A DNA stretch of 64,000 nt from a bacterium. GTDB lineage: Bacteria > SAR324 > NAC60-12. Positions within the stretch are counted from its first letter, which is position 1. Every line of letters starts with the position of its first letter. A model generated the notes under the pieces. It did not search any database. It was not told where the DNA came from and saw only the letters and a list, made by a program, of their open reading frames with translations. Made by a program: the position numbers and the translations under genes. Of the stretch, positions 37,721 through 47,000 are shown one piece after another. Where the stretch lies: the NCBI GenBank assembly GCA_965233585.1, contig CBDDTI010000746.1, positions 544,001 through 608,000 on the forward strand. The letters run 5' to 3'.

Positions 37721-40700
37721 TTATTGTGGGAACTGGACGTCATCAATCCAGACGGCATCGCTTCCTTCGCTGTCGGAACTGTCCTTCTTGTAGCACCATT
37801 TGAAGGTGTGGCTTCCAGCAGAGACGTTGAAACTGGCTTGCTTCCAAGCAATCGTTCCGCTTTTGCCTCCCAGCTTTTCTGAAGACCCGATGTAAAAGAA
37901 GAGTTTGTCATACCTTCGTTCTGAACTCACTTTGTAGTGAAACTTGATTTGTCCGTCTGAAACGGTTTGAGTCGTTTGGACACAAGTTTCTTGATTGTTC
38001 CCAATGCTTGCAGACTTAAGGCTTTTGGAACTGCCACTTGCACCACCAGAGACCACCGACCAGTTGCCACTCAAACCACTAGGCTTTTTATTGTCCTCAA
38101 AACTCCAAATTTGAGAAGACGGAGGACCAAATGCCCAAACATCGTTTTTGTTACTTCCGCCATATCCTCCCGTGACCCAGATTTTGTTATTGAACACAAC
38201 GCTGGTGTGGGTATGCCTTCTTGACCAGCCTGCTGAATCAGTGACCTTTGTCCAATTCTTGCCATCAACACTACTCCAAACATCGTTGTTGTAGGGACCT
38301 CCTCCCCCCCCGATGACCCAGATTTTGTTATTGAAGACGACGCTGGTGTGTTCATACCTGCTTGACCAGCCTGCTGAATCAGTGACCTTTGCCCAATTCT
38401 TGCCATCAACACTACTCCAAACATCGTTTTTGTAACTTCCGTCATATCCCCCGATGACCCAGATTTTGTTATTGAAGACGACGTTGGTGTGTCCATACCT
38501 GCTTGACCAGCCTGCTGCATCAGTGACTTTTGTCCAGTTTTTACCATCAGAAGAACTCCACACATCGTTTTTGTAACTTCTGTCATTTCCCCCGATGACC
38601 CAGATTTTGTTATTGAAGACGACGCTGTTGTGTCCATACCTGCTTGACCAGCCTGCTGAACTTGTGATCTTTGTCCAATTCTTGCCATCAGAAGAACTCC
38701 AAACATCGTTTTTGCGCCTTCCGTCATATCCCCCCATGACCCAGATTTTGTTATTGAAGACGACGCTGGTGTAATTATCCCTCCTTGACCAGCCTGCTGA
38801 ACTTGTGATCTTTGTCCAATTCTTGCCATCAGAAGAACTCCAAACTTCGTTTGAAAAAGGATAACCTCCGCCCATGATCCAGAGTTTATTTTGAAACACC
38901 ACAGAGGTATGACCAGCTCTTTTTGACCAGCCTGTGTTGTCATTGGGTTTGATTTCTTTCCAAGTGAATTTTGAGATGTCATGGGAGGCAGCAGAAGAGT
39001 CTGGAAAGTTGACTTGGTCAATCCAAGCGGCATCGTCTCCTCTACTGAGAGCATAGTCTTTTTTGTAGCACCATTTGAAGGTGTGGCTTCCTGCAGAGAC
39101 AGCATAGCTGGCTTGTGTCCAGCCGATGTTTCCACTTTTGCCTCCTAGCTTTTCAGCAGAGTCAATGTAGAAGAAGAGTTCGTCATAATTTTGTTCTGAA
39201 CTGACTTTGTATTGAAATTCCACGTCTCCTGCCGAGACATTGCGTGTCGTTTGAACACAAGCCTGTTGATTGCTACTGATGTTTGCAGATTTGAGGCTTT
39301 TGGAAGTGCTGTTTGCCCCACCAGAGACAACAGACCAGTTGCCTGTTAAGCCATTTGGCTTGTTGCCGTTGTCAAAGTTCCAAGTGACTGCTTGGCTGAC
39401 AGCAGGGGCTTTTTGAGCAATGTCTTGGTCATAGCAAGCCCAGTCTGAAGCAGGAGTGTTGCCTGAGGCTTTGACACGAACGCACAGCTTGTCTTTGGCA
39501 ATGGCATCATCACCAAAACTAAAGGGGCTGTTGCAGTTGGTTTTGGTTGTGCCTGCATCTTTGGAACATTCATAGCTGTTGCCTGAAGTCATGTTAAAGG
39601 TCAGGCTTCTAGCAGAGACAGCAAGCGCAGTTGGTGCATTAGGTGCTGTGCTGACAGCAGTGCTTGTCTGGTAAGGACTCCAATCTCCGTCATCATCTTT
39701 GGCACGAATGCGGAAAGTGTAGCTGGTGGCAGGTTGCAGCGATTGAAAGGTGTATGCCGTGTCAGTTGTGGTGCTTGTGCCTGACCAGAATCCATTGCCT
39801 GTTTTGTAAGAGATTTCGTAGCCTGACACCTGTCCATCGGAATCTGTGGCTGCAGTCCATGAGACTTTGATGCTGTCTGCAGTGACATCGCTGGTGCTGA
39901 TGTTGCTGGGTTTTTCAGGTGGTTTGTTGGCAGCAGGAAGCGTCTGGACAGGCTTGCTTTCTTCATAATCACTCCAAGCATTTTCATCATCTTTGGCACG
40001 GACACGAAAGGTGTAGCTGGTGTCAGGTTGCAAACCAGAGACGATGACGTTTGTTTGAGTGGTGTCTGTGCCGACTTGCCAGTTTCCGTTGCCTGTTTTG
40101 TGAGAGACCTCATAACCTGTCACTTCACCATCAGGGTCTGCAGAAGGTGACCAACTTAACTGCAAACTATTAGAGGTCACTTGGCTAATCTTCAAGTCTT
40201 CTGGCTTCTCTGGCTCTTGATTCTTCGCAACAACAGCATTGACCAAGTCCTTCGTCAGCGTCAAATTCTTGTTCAATGTAAACTTCAAGTTGGTGTTTTT
40301 GTCCAGCTGAAAAGGCTTACTCCGAATCAAAGTTTGACCTGTGTCTAAACTGACCACAGAAAAGAAGAAGTCATTAGCATTCCCGTTAGGATAATGCCTT
40401 CCGTTGACTAAAATCATCTTGAAATTGCTATCGTCCTTGTTCAAATCTGGACAACTGCATTCTACATTAAATAATGCCTCATCGCTGTTTCTCACGGTCA
40501 GCATCACATCTTGGTCAGAAGAGTTGAGAAAGTTGATTTTTGCCACGCTCAAGACTTGTTGTTTGGGAATGATGATGCGTTTTTTGTCATCTTTGTTAAA
40601 GACTAGATTCTTCACAAGAACAGGGTTTTGGAAGTCAATCTCCCCTGAATCTTTGTGCGAATAAAACATCAGCAGGCTAGCACCGACAGGAATCTTGATT

Positions 40701-41419
40701 TGATAGTTCAGTTCCTTGCTGGCAATGACGCCAATTTGCTGATTCTGCGAACTGCCTTGAAAAATAGACACCTTCTCATCACGATTGTTTCGCACCATCA
40801 ACATGCCATAGTCTGAATTGGACTCCTCAGTGCCTATCACAAAACTGGATTTGGCTGATGGAATGAACCCACTTTGCATAAAAGCCGTTGGCATTTGGGA
40901 ATCCTCGCAGTCTGCTTTAAAATAGTCTTGCACGGCTGGCATCTTGAAGGCGAACACGGTGACGATGGAACTCGTTCTTTTGGAAATGTCCACCTTGACC
41001 CCTTTCTGCTTGGCGCCAATGACAGCAATCACATCGTCAGTATTTAGATTACTGGAATACGAAAGCAGGACATCGGTATTGAGTGAATTGAAGATGGCAA
41101 GATTGCCTGTGCCTTGCGTCAGGGCTTTGGGAATCTCCAGACACACCGACTCGCCTGACTCTTGTTCTTGCGTCGCAGCGGTGTGTTTGGCTGACACTGA
41201 CACAGCACCATCTTCACCGCAGCCAATCAAAACACTGAAGCACAGCAGAAGCGAACATTTTTTTAAGAATGTTGAGGGTTTGAGGAACGATGCCAGAATC
41301 TTTTTGACATCAATCTCCTTTCTGTTTTTCAAGAAGGAGGGTTGAGGGAACGATGCCAAAGCATCAGTGCAGGACACAACTGCTTGGGAAAACATGTTGA
41401 TTGTACGAAATGCAAACAT
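37721..41419 (-). CDS. Large surface lipoprotein: N-terminal unknown region, 2x FN3, jelly-roll, 6-bladed Kelch-type propeller, jelly-roll
   Basis: Lipobox-like VLIGC; FN3 motifs (LSW...Y.V...GLQPDTSYTFRVRA); two copies of VSSE..YD.L.FYI...HTFKWCYKKD; six GWS.R..H.SVVFNNKIWV.GG...NDVW repeats; GGAG RBS before ATG 41419. Confidence 0.9.
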   Translation of the reverse strand: MFAFRTINMFSQAVVSCTDALASFPQPSFLKNRKEIDVKKILASFLKPSTFLKKCSLLLCFSVLIGCGEDGAVSVSAKHTAATQEQESGESVCLEIPKALTQGTGNLAIFNSLNTDVLLSYSSNLNTDDVIAVIGAKQKGVKVDISKRTSSIVTVFAFKMPAVQDYFKADCEDSQMPTAFMQSGFIPSAKSSFVIGTEESNSDYGMLMVRNNRDEKVSIFQGSSQNQQIGVIASKELNYQIKIPVGASLLMFYSHKDSGEIDFQNPVLVKNLVFNKDDKKRIIIPKQQVLSVAKINFLNSSDQDVMLTVRNSDEALFNVECSCPDLNKDDSNFKMILVNGRHYPNGNANDFFFSVVSLDTGQTLIRSKPFQLDKNTNLKFTLNKNLTLTKDLVNAVVAKNQEPEKPEDLKISQVTSNSLQLSWSPSADPDGEVTGYEVSHKTGNGNWQVGTDTTQTNVIVSGLQPDTSYTFRVRAKDDENAWSDYEESKPVQTLPAANKPPEKPSNISTSDVTADSIKVSWTAATDSDGQVSGYEISYKTGNGFWSGTSTTTDTAYTFQSLQPATSYTFRIRAKDDDGDWSPYQTSTAVSTAPNAPTALAVSARSLTFNMTSGNSYECSKDAGTTKTNCNSPFSFGDDAIAKDKLCVRVKASGNTPASDWACYDQDIAQKAPAVSQAVTWNFDNGNKPNGLTGNWSVVSGGANSTSKSLKSANISSNQQACVQTTRNVSAGDVEFQYKVSSEQNYDELFFYIDSAEKLGGKSGNIGWTQASYAVSAGSHTFKWCYKKDYALSRGDDAAWIDQVNFPDSSAASHDISKFTWKEIKPNDNTGWSKRAGHTSVVFQNKLWIMGGGYPFSNEVWSSSDGKNWTKITSSAGWSRRDNYTSVVFNNKIWVMGGYDGRRKNDVWSSSDGKNWTKITSSAGWSSRYGHNSVVFNNKIWVIGGNDRSYKNDVWSSSDGKNWTKVTDAAGWSSRYGHTNVVFNNKIWVIGGYDGSYKNDVWSSVDGKNWAKVTDSAGWSSRYEHTSVVFNNKIWVIGGGGGPYNNDVWSSVDGKNWTKVTDSAGWSRRHTHTSVVFNNKIWVTGGYGGSNKNDVWAFGPPSSQIWSFEDNKKPSGLSGNWSVVSGGASGSSKSLKSASIGNNQETCVQTTQTVSDGQIKFHYKVSSERRYDKLFFYIGSSEKLGGKSGTIAWKQASFNVSAGSHTFKWCYKKDSSDSEGSDAVWIDDVQFPQ
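38130..38965 (-). repeat. Intragenic 141-bp tandem repeats (Kelch blades)
   Basis: CCAGATTTTGTTATTGAA at 38177, 38318, 38459, 38600, 38741; diverged copy at 38879. Confidence 0.95.
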
Positions 41420-41441
41420 CTGATTAACTCCATGAGAGGTG

Positions 41442-41474
41442 AAACAAAACAACAGCACCCCCTGCGGGTGCTGT
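41442..41474 (-). terminator. Terminator-like hairpin in the 5' leader of the large lipoprotein gene
   Basis: Minus strand ACAGCACCC-GCAGG-GGGTGCTGT followed by TGTTTTGTTT, upstream of the RBS. Confidence 0.55.
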
Positions 41475-41552
41475 CATACGAAAAACTCTCCTCTTGAAAT
41501 GAAAACCTCATTTGTTTTCAAGATGAGAGTTTTGCGAAAAGCCAAAACGGGC

Positions 41553-41580
41553 ATTATGCACGTACAAAAAAAAAAAACAA
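41553..41580 (-). promoter_or_regulatory. Candidate sigma70 promoter with a T12 tract across the -35 box and spacer
   Basis: Minus strand TTG-T12-GTACGTG-CATAAT, i.e. TTGTTT-16 nt-CATAAT. Confidence 0.5.
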
Positions 41581-42161
41581 GCCAACGTTTTTAATTTTTG
41601 GGTCATTTTTTAGTTTTTTAGGGAATTTTTTGGCTTTTTTGGAAAAAAGAGGAAGGTCAGGAAGTCAGAAAAGATAAGGGTTTGAAAGGTTTTGAAAAAA
41701 ATTTAAAAAGTTTTAAAAAGTTTTGAAGATTTTTCAAAAAAAGGAAAAAAGGAGCAGATTGGAAGAAAAGAGACAACAAAAGATGCGGTTGCGGGGCAAG
41801 GGGAGGAATGACGGGGAAGTGAGAAAAAGGGGGTACCTTGTTAGAGAGTATGAATCCTTTGTAAGCAGGGAAGATTCAAGGAGAGACAAGGAAAAAGGAA
41901 ACTAAAAATAGCTGAATACGTATGTTCCTAATTTAATTTTTAATAAAAATAATTTATTTTTTGACAAAATAAATCAAGTCAACAATAATATAAAAACTTC
42001 ATAAAACGAGGCAAGAAGTCAAACCATCGTCCTTTATGAATAAAAAAAATTGTTCAAAATAATAATAAAAACTAAAGATTATGCTTGACTTACAAAATGA
42101 AAACCTTTAGAAATACTTTTTTCTTTTTTTTAGATATTAACATTTTGTGTGAGGAAAATTT

Positions 42162-42515
42162 ATGGAAGACATCAAACAGCAATTATTGCAAGAACGGAAC
42201 AAATTAGTTGGCACAATAGGTAATTTTGTCAATGACACAGGTCGCGAAGTGGGTGATGAAGTGGATTCTTCGGTAGAAGAGCAAGTCAAAGCGCTAAATA
42301 TGTTACTCAAGGGACACGAAAAGGCAAGGTTGAAGAAGATAGAAGAAGCCTTGTTGCGTATTGAAAAAGGAGTCTATGGACTGTGCCTTGAATGTGATGA
42401 AGTGATTTCAAAACAACGATTAGAAGCCTTGCCTTTTGCACAAACCTGTGTTGTTTGTCAGCAAGAGCTTGAACGATCCAAAAACTCTGCTTTCCAAACC
42501 CATCGTCACGGCTGA
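42162..42515 (+). CDS. dksA: DksA/TraR C4 zinc-finger protein
   Basis: GDEVD coiled-coil tip, YGLCLEC...RLEALPFAQTCVVCQ. Confidence 0.88.
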   Translation: MEDIKQQLLQERNKLVGTIGNFVNDTGREVGDEVDSSVEEQVKALNMLLKGHEKARLKKIEEALLRIEKGVYGLCLECDEVISKQRLEALPFAQTCVVCQQELERSKNSAFQTHRHG

Positions 42516-42571
42516 TTGATTTTTAGGATTGACTTGGCTCATTCCCTCTTTTTTCAAAATATGCCAGAGGT

Positions 42572-43351
42572 ATGGCAAACCTTCTCAATTATGATTCTAG
42601 CCAACTCCTTGGATTCGTTTTAGTTTTAATCCGAGTCTGGGGCGTCTTGGCAGCCTCCCCTGTTCTTGGTGATGCGGCAGTTCCTCAACGCATCAAGGTC
42701 ACAACTGCTTTTGTATTAGCATTGGTTTTTCACCCAATCTTGCCTGATTATGCTGTCTCTTACCGAAGCATAGGTGCGTATCTTGTGCTAGTGGCTCAAG
42801 AGTTATTGATTGGCTTAGCGCTTGGTATGATTGGGCAAGTTCTTTTTGCGGCAGTCCGAGTGGCAGGAGAAATTGCAGGTTTTCAAATGGGGTTAAGTAT
42901 GGCAGGGGTTTTTGACCCACAGACACAGCAACAAAACTCCATCATCTCAGAGATGCAATATGTGTTTGCCATTTTGGCATTTTTGTTGGCTGATGGGCAT
43001 CATGTGTTTATTCAAGCCATTGTAGAAAGCTATCGTCTGTTGCCTCTGGGGGCTGCAAATTTATCTGCTCCTGTCACACAAGCGATGATTAACCTCACTG
43101 CTGGCATTTTTACATTGGGATTCCAACTTGGCGCACCTCTCATCATCTCTTTGTTAATCATCAACATCATTCTTGGATTCATCGCACGTGCTGTTCCCCA
43201 AATGAATGTGTTTGTCGTCGGTTCTCCTTTGACCATTTTGTTAGGGTTTGCTTTGATGGCAGCATCTTTGCCTTTTTTTATCATTGCACTGGGAACGTTA
43301 TTTGAGATGCTAGATGACCAAGTCATCACGATTTTAAACCTCCTGAAGTAG
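42572..43351 (+). CDS. fliR: Flagellar export protein FliR
   Basis: AGEIAGFQMGLSMA.VFDP, DGHH, ARAVPQMNVF. Confidence 0.95.
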   Translation: MANLLNYDSSQLLGFVLVLIRVWGVLAASPVLGDAAVPQRIKVTTAFVLALVFHPILPDYAVSYRSIGAYLVLVAQELLIGLALGMIGQVLFAAVRVAGEIAGFQMGLSMAGVFDPQTQQQNSIISEMQYVFAILAFLLADGHHVFIQAIVESYRLLPLGAANLSAPVTQAMINLTAGIFTLGFQLGAPLIISLLIINIILGFIARAVPQMNVFVVGSPLTILLGFALMAASLPFFIIALGTLFEMLDDQVITILNLLK

Positions 43352-43363
43352 CTTTTTCAGAAC

Positions 43364-44074
43364 ATGGACCAACCTCAAGAATCTTTTCGCTCCAAAAGTC
43401 TAATCAAAATTGCAGACAAGCAAATTTTTGCTCTGGAAGACAAACACTTGAGCTTTCTTAAATCCTTTCGCCAAGAACTTTTGCAACAATTAGGAACTTT
43501 TGAAAAAGTCGCACCCCTTGCCTTTTGTAAAAGTTATCAAAAACGTTACCCCCGATGGGAAAAAATTCGGAAGGTAGAGCAACAGATTCTTACCATCAAA
43601 GACAGACGCACCCAACGCAAATTTTGGCATAAAAGAAGCCTTATCAAAAATCAGCTCCAAACCAAAAGGCACGATGATGTCAACAGCTTTTATCATTCTC
43701 TCATCAATTCCGCACGTCGCTATAACACAAGACTTGATTTATTTGACTACACGTTAGACAGACAACAGAAAAAACTTGACCCTCCTTACACCGTGGGAGA
43801 GTTGGAAAAAATAGAAACCACCATCCAAAGAATCTTCAATGCCATCAACAGCGCCATCAAATTGCTGGAAATTGCAGAACACCACCAAGAACTAGACCTT
43901 GCTGATTTGGTCAGGAATCAATTCCATGCCTCCGATTGGTCAGCAGAATACATCTCAGATGCAGTAGAGTTGGACAGTAGCGGACAGTTCATTCAAGATT
44001 TGCTAGTGATTGAGAATGACCTGCGAACAGAATTAATGGACATCTCAAAAAATTACTCCCAAGATGATGAATGA
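43364..44074 (+). CDS. Hypothetical helical protein
   Basis: 236-aa ORF directly after fliR. Confidence 0.7.
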   Translation: MDQPQESFRSKSLIKIADKQIFALEDKHLSFLKSFRQELLQQLGTFEKVAPLAFCKSYQKRYPRWEKIRKVEQQILTIKDRRTQRKFWHKRSLIKNQLQTKRHDDVNSFYHSLINSARRYNTRLDLFDYTLDRQQKKLDPPYTVGELEKIETTIQRIFNAINSAIKLLEIAEHHQELDLADLVRNQFHASDWSAEYISDAVELDSSGQFIQDLLVIENDLRTELMDISKNYSQDDE

Positions 44075-44206
44075 AGCGATAATCAAATAAAATGGTTTTT
44101 TAGCTTTTTTTGAAGGTTGAGAATTGAAGGTTAAAGAAGGATTTTAGCCCAGACATGCCATGACAAAGCAAAGCTGGCAAATTATTCGTGGCTTTCAATC
44201 CAAATG

Positions 44207-46042
44207 CTACTCCCAGCCAAAAGTGGCAGGAGGTTTGTGCGTAATGTCATAAAAGACGGCTTCAATTTGGGGAAGTTTTAAGAGTTTGGGGACAAGTTCG
44301 TCAAGCAGGCTTTGGGGGATTTTGGCAAACCTTGCAGTCATCACATCTTGGGAGCAAACAGGTCGCAAGACAAGGCTTTCTTTGATTCCATCAGATGACA
44401 AAGGGAGCAAAATCACCAAAATTTGAAACACTTTTTGCATCAAATCGTAGTCTTGAAAGGCTTGGGTCGTCAATGCCTCTGCCTTTCTTAACAAATCCAG
44501 TCGTTCTTTGGTGCAGTAGGCTTTTTTAAGTTGCATCACTGGCAAGACAGAAGGAGCAAGCAAGAAGACAACCCGATTAACAAATGCAAAGCGATTGGTC
44601 AGTGCGATAGAGTGTTCCTCCAAGTCGTCCCAAGGAATGTCTAAATCGCTGGTTGTGTTTAGGTCTTTGGACAAGACAGCAGGGCATTCATACGTCCGAC
44701 GGTCTCCTTGCACACCAACGGAACGCACAGGTAGCATTGAAATTTGATACTCATCAGGCTTGGCAGTTTGAAGCTGTTCTTGGCGTTTTTCAACGTGGTC
44801 GGGTCTGCCCTGCGTTTGAGAACAAAGAACATTGATGGCAAGCCCTGGACCTGGAAAGGGGTGTCTCCAAACGATAGAGTCAGGAAGTCCCAAAACACTA
44901 CCCACTTGACGCACTTCATCTTTATACAAAAATTGAAGAGGCTCTACCACATGACCCAATGCAATCAAATCTTCCACTGCTTGAACGCGATTGTGATGTG
45001 ATTTGATGGTGTGAGAATGCTCTACTCCGCCCGATTCAATCACATCGGGATACAACGTCCCTTGTCCCAAAAGCCATTCATCAGGATTTAACTCCAATTT
45101 TTTCAAAAACTCTTCTCTCGTTTTCAAAAAGGTCTCTCCAATGGCATGACGTTTCTGCTGCGGGTCGCTGATGCCTTGAACAGCGCCTAAAAAACGTTGC
45201 TCATCATCTTGGAACAAGACTGAATGAACCCCCAACTTTTTGTAACTTTCCAAGACTTGTTGGGCTTCGTTCAACCTTAAAAAACCATTGTCAATAAACA
45301 ATCCCATCACTCTATCATCACCCAATGCTTTGTGAATCAAGGCATAAGCGACAGATGAATCAACACCCCCGCTTAAAAACATGAGAACCTTCTTGCCTTG
45401 TGCCTGCTGGCGAATCTGTTCTATGGCATTTTCAACAAATTGTGCCATAGACCATGAAGGGGAGGCATTGCAGAGTTTTGCAAAATTCTCTAGCATGAGG
45501 TGTCCTTGTGGGGTGTCAGAGACTTCAGGGTGAAACTGCATGGTGTAAATGGGTTTGTGTTGATGAGCCAATGCGGCATAAGAACAGTCGTCAGTTTGTG
45601 CCACTACTTTAAAATCTTTTGGAGGCTGACTCACAGAGTCTTGATGCGATGCCCAAACTTCAAGAGACTGATTGATTTGGAAACCTTCAAACAATGGAGA
45701 ATCTGCAATGATGTCCAGCGTGGTCTTGCCATACTCACCTGAAGTCTTTGCAGAAACTTGACCTTGAAAGTATTTTGAAATGAGTTGATGCCCATAACAA
45801 AGCCCTAAAATAGGAACGTCCAGCGACAACAAGTCTTGGTTAAACGGGGGGACGTCATCGCTTAAAACAGAGGCAGGACCTCCAGAAAGAACTAGACCAC
45901 AGGCTGATGCAAGCTCTTCAACAGCACTTTGCGGTGAGAAAATTTCAGCATAATATCCTAGCGAACGTAGCTTTTTTGCAATTAAATGGGCATATTGACT
46001 GCCAAAGTTTAAAACTGCAATGTGTGAAGAAGCATTCATCAT
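44207..46042 (-). CDS. guaA: GMP synthase (glutamine-hydrolysing), long form
   Basis: FGSQY, LGLCYGHQ, QFHPEV, SGGVDS, GTLYPDVIES, IKSHHN, RHPFPGPGLA, KPPATFGWE. Confidence 0.96.
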   Translation of the reverse strand: MMNASSHIAVLNFGSQYAHLIAKKLRSLGYYAEIFSPQSAVEELASACGLVLSGGPASVLSDDVPPFNQDLLSLDVPILGLCYGHQLISKYFQGQVSAKTSGEYGKTTLDIIADSPLFEGFQINQSLEVWASHQDSVSQPPKDFKVVAQTDDCSYAALAHQHKPIYTMQFHPEVSDTPQGHLMLENFAKLCNASPSWSMAQFVENAIEQIRQQAQGKKVLMFLSGGVDSSVAYALIHKALGDDRVMGLFIDNGFLRLNEAQQVLESYKKLGVHSVLFQDDEQRFLGAVQGISDPQQKRHAIGETFLKTREEFLKKLELNPDEWLLGQGTLYPDVIESGGVEHSHTIKSHHNRVQAVEDLIALGHVVEPLQFLYKDEVRQVGSVLGLPDSIVWRHPFPGPGLAINVLCSQTQGRPDHVEKRQEQLQTAKPDEYQISMLPVRSVGVQGDRRTYECPAVLSKDLNTTSDLDIPWDDLEEHSIALTNRFAFVNRVVFLLAPSVLPVMQLKKAYCTKERLDLLRKAEALTTQAFQDYDLMQKVFQILVILLPLSSDGIKESLVLRPVCSQDVMTARFAKIPQSLLDELVPKLLKLPQIEAVFYDITHKPPATFGWE

Positions 46043-46100
46043 TTTTTCAAAAAATTACGAAGTTAAAAAAATTAATGTTCAAAAGTTAAAAAAGTGAACC

Positions 46101-47000
46101 ATGATACCCCGATTTACAGAAATAGACCAAAGCCAACTGACCTGTCCTGTTGGCACGATTCGTTTTTTGCCAATTCCCTACGACCTGACGACTTCTTATT
46201 GTCCCGGCGCCAGGTTTGCACCTGATGCGATTTTTGCCGCAAGTCCGCAAATTGAAATGTTTGACCACGAACTCAAGTGGGACGCCACCCAGCATGTCAA
46301 ATTCCTTGTGGAAGACAAACTTGAGCAAAACACTGCCTCTGCAGCTGACATGATGCAAGACGTCTATTTAAAAGCTCAAACACTTCTGAAAACAGGGGAT
46401 TTTCTTTTTGCTTTGGGGGGTGAGCATTCTTTGACTGCCCCTTTAGTTCAAGCCCATTTAGACAAGTATCCCAAGCTCCATGTGGTGCAGATTGATGCCC
46501 ATTGTGATTTAAGGCAGACATGGAATGGATCGCCCCACTCTCACGCTTGTTGTGCAAGACGTATGTATGAATCAGGTGCAACGCTCACCCAAATCGGAAT
46601 CCGTAACATGTCAGAAGAGGAGTTTTTATTTTTACAAACCAAGCCACAAGGCATCTCGGTTTGGGAGTCTCGCCAGATTCAAAGCGTGCAGGGTTGGGAC
46701 AATTTAATGAAGCACTTATCCCAAAATCTTCCAAGTCCTGTCTATTTGACCGTTGACGTGGACGGATTAGACCCTTCAGTCATTCCTGCTACTGGCACAC
46801 CAGAACCCGGTGGCTTGTCATGGCATCAATGCCTGTCTATTTTAGAGACTGTGGTTCAAAACACTCAAGTCATTGGTGCTGATGTCATGGAACTCTCACC
46901 AATCCCTCAGTTAGAATATGCCAACTTTGCTACTGCCAAACTTTGCTACAAAATCGCCTCTCTGGTCTTTCATCAAATTTGGGGAAGTCAGACCATTTAA
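46101..47000 (+). CDS. speB: Agmatinase
   Basis: GGEHS, DAHCD, SHAC, DVDGLDPS..PATGTPEPGG. Confidence 0.93.
   Translation: MIPRFTEIDQSQLTCPVGTIRFLPIPYDLTTSYCPGARFAPDAIFAASPQIEMFDHELKWDATQHVKFLVEDKLEQNTASAADMMQDVYLKAQTLLKTGDFLFALGGEHSLTAPLVQAHLDKYPKLHVVQIDAHCDLRQTWNGSPHSHACCARRMYESGATLTQIGIRNMSEEEFLFLQTKPQGISVWESRQIQSVQGWDNLMKHLSQNLPSPVYLTVDVDGLDPSVIPATGTPEPGGLSWHQCLSILETVVQNTQVIGADVMELSPIPQLEYANFATAKLCYKIASLVFHQIWGSQTI

Noticed and set aside
38130..38965. Diversity-generating retroelement
   Set aside because: All repeats are in-frame coding blades, no reverse transcriptase or separate template repeat is in the window, and loop-2 differences are not clearly adenine-restricted. Kept only as a testable possibility.
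38071..39135. 354-aa overlapping ORF in another frame of the adhesin
   Set aside because: Shadow ORF: one stop-free 141-bp unit repeated in tandem.
41723..41905. 60-aa Lys/Arg/Glu-rich ORF
   Set aside because: By-product of purine-rich low-complexity DNA.
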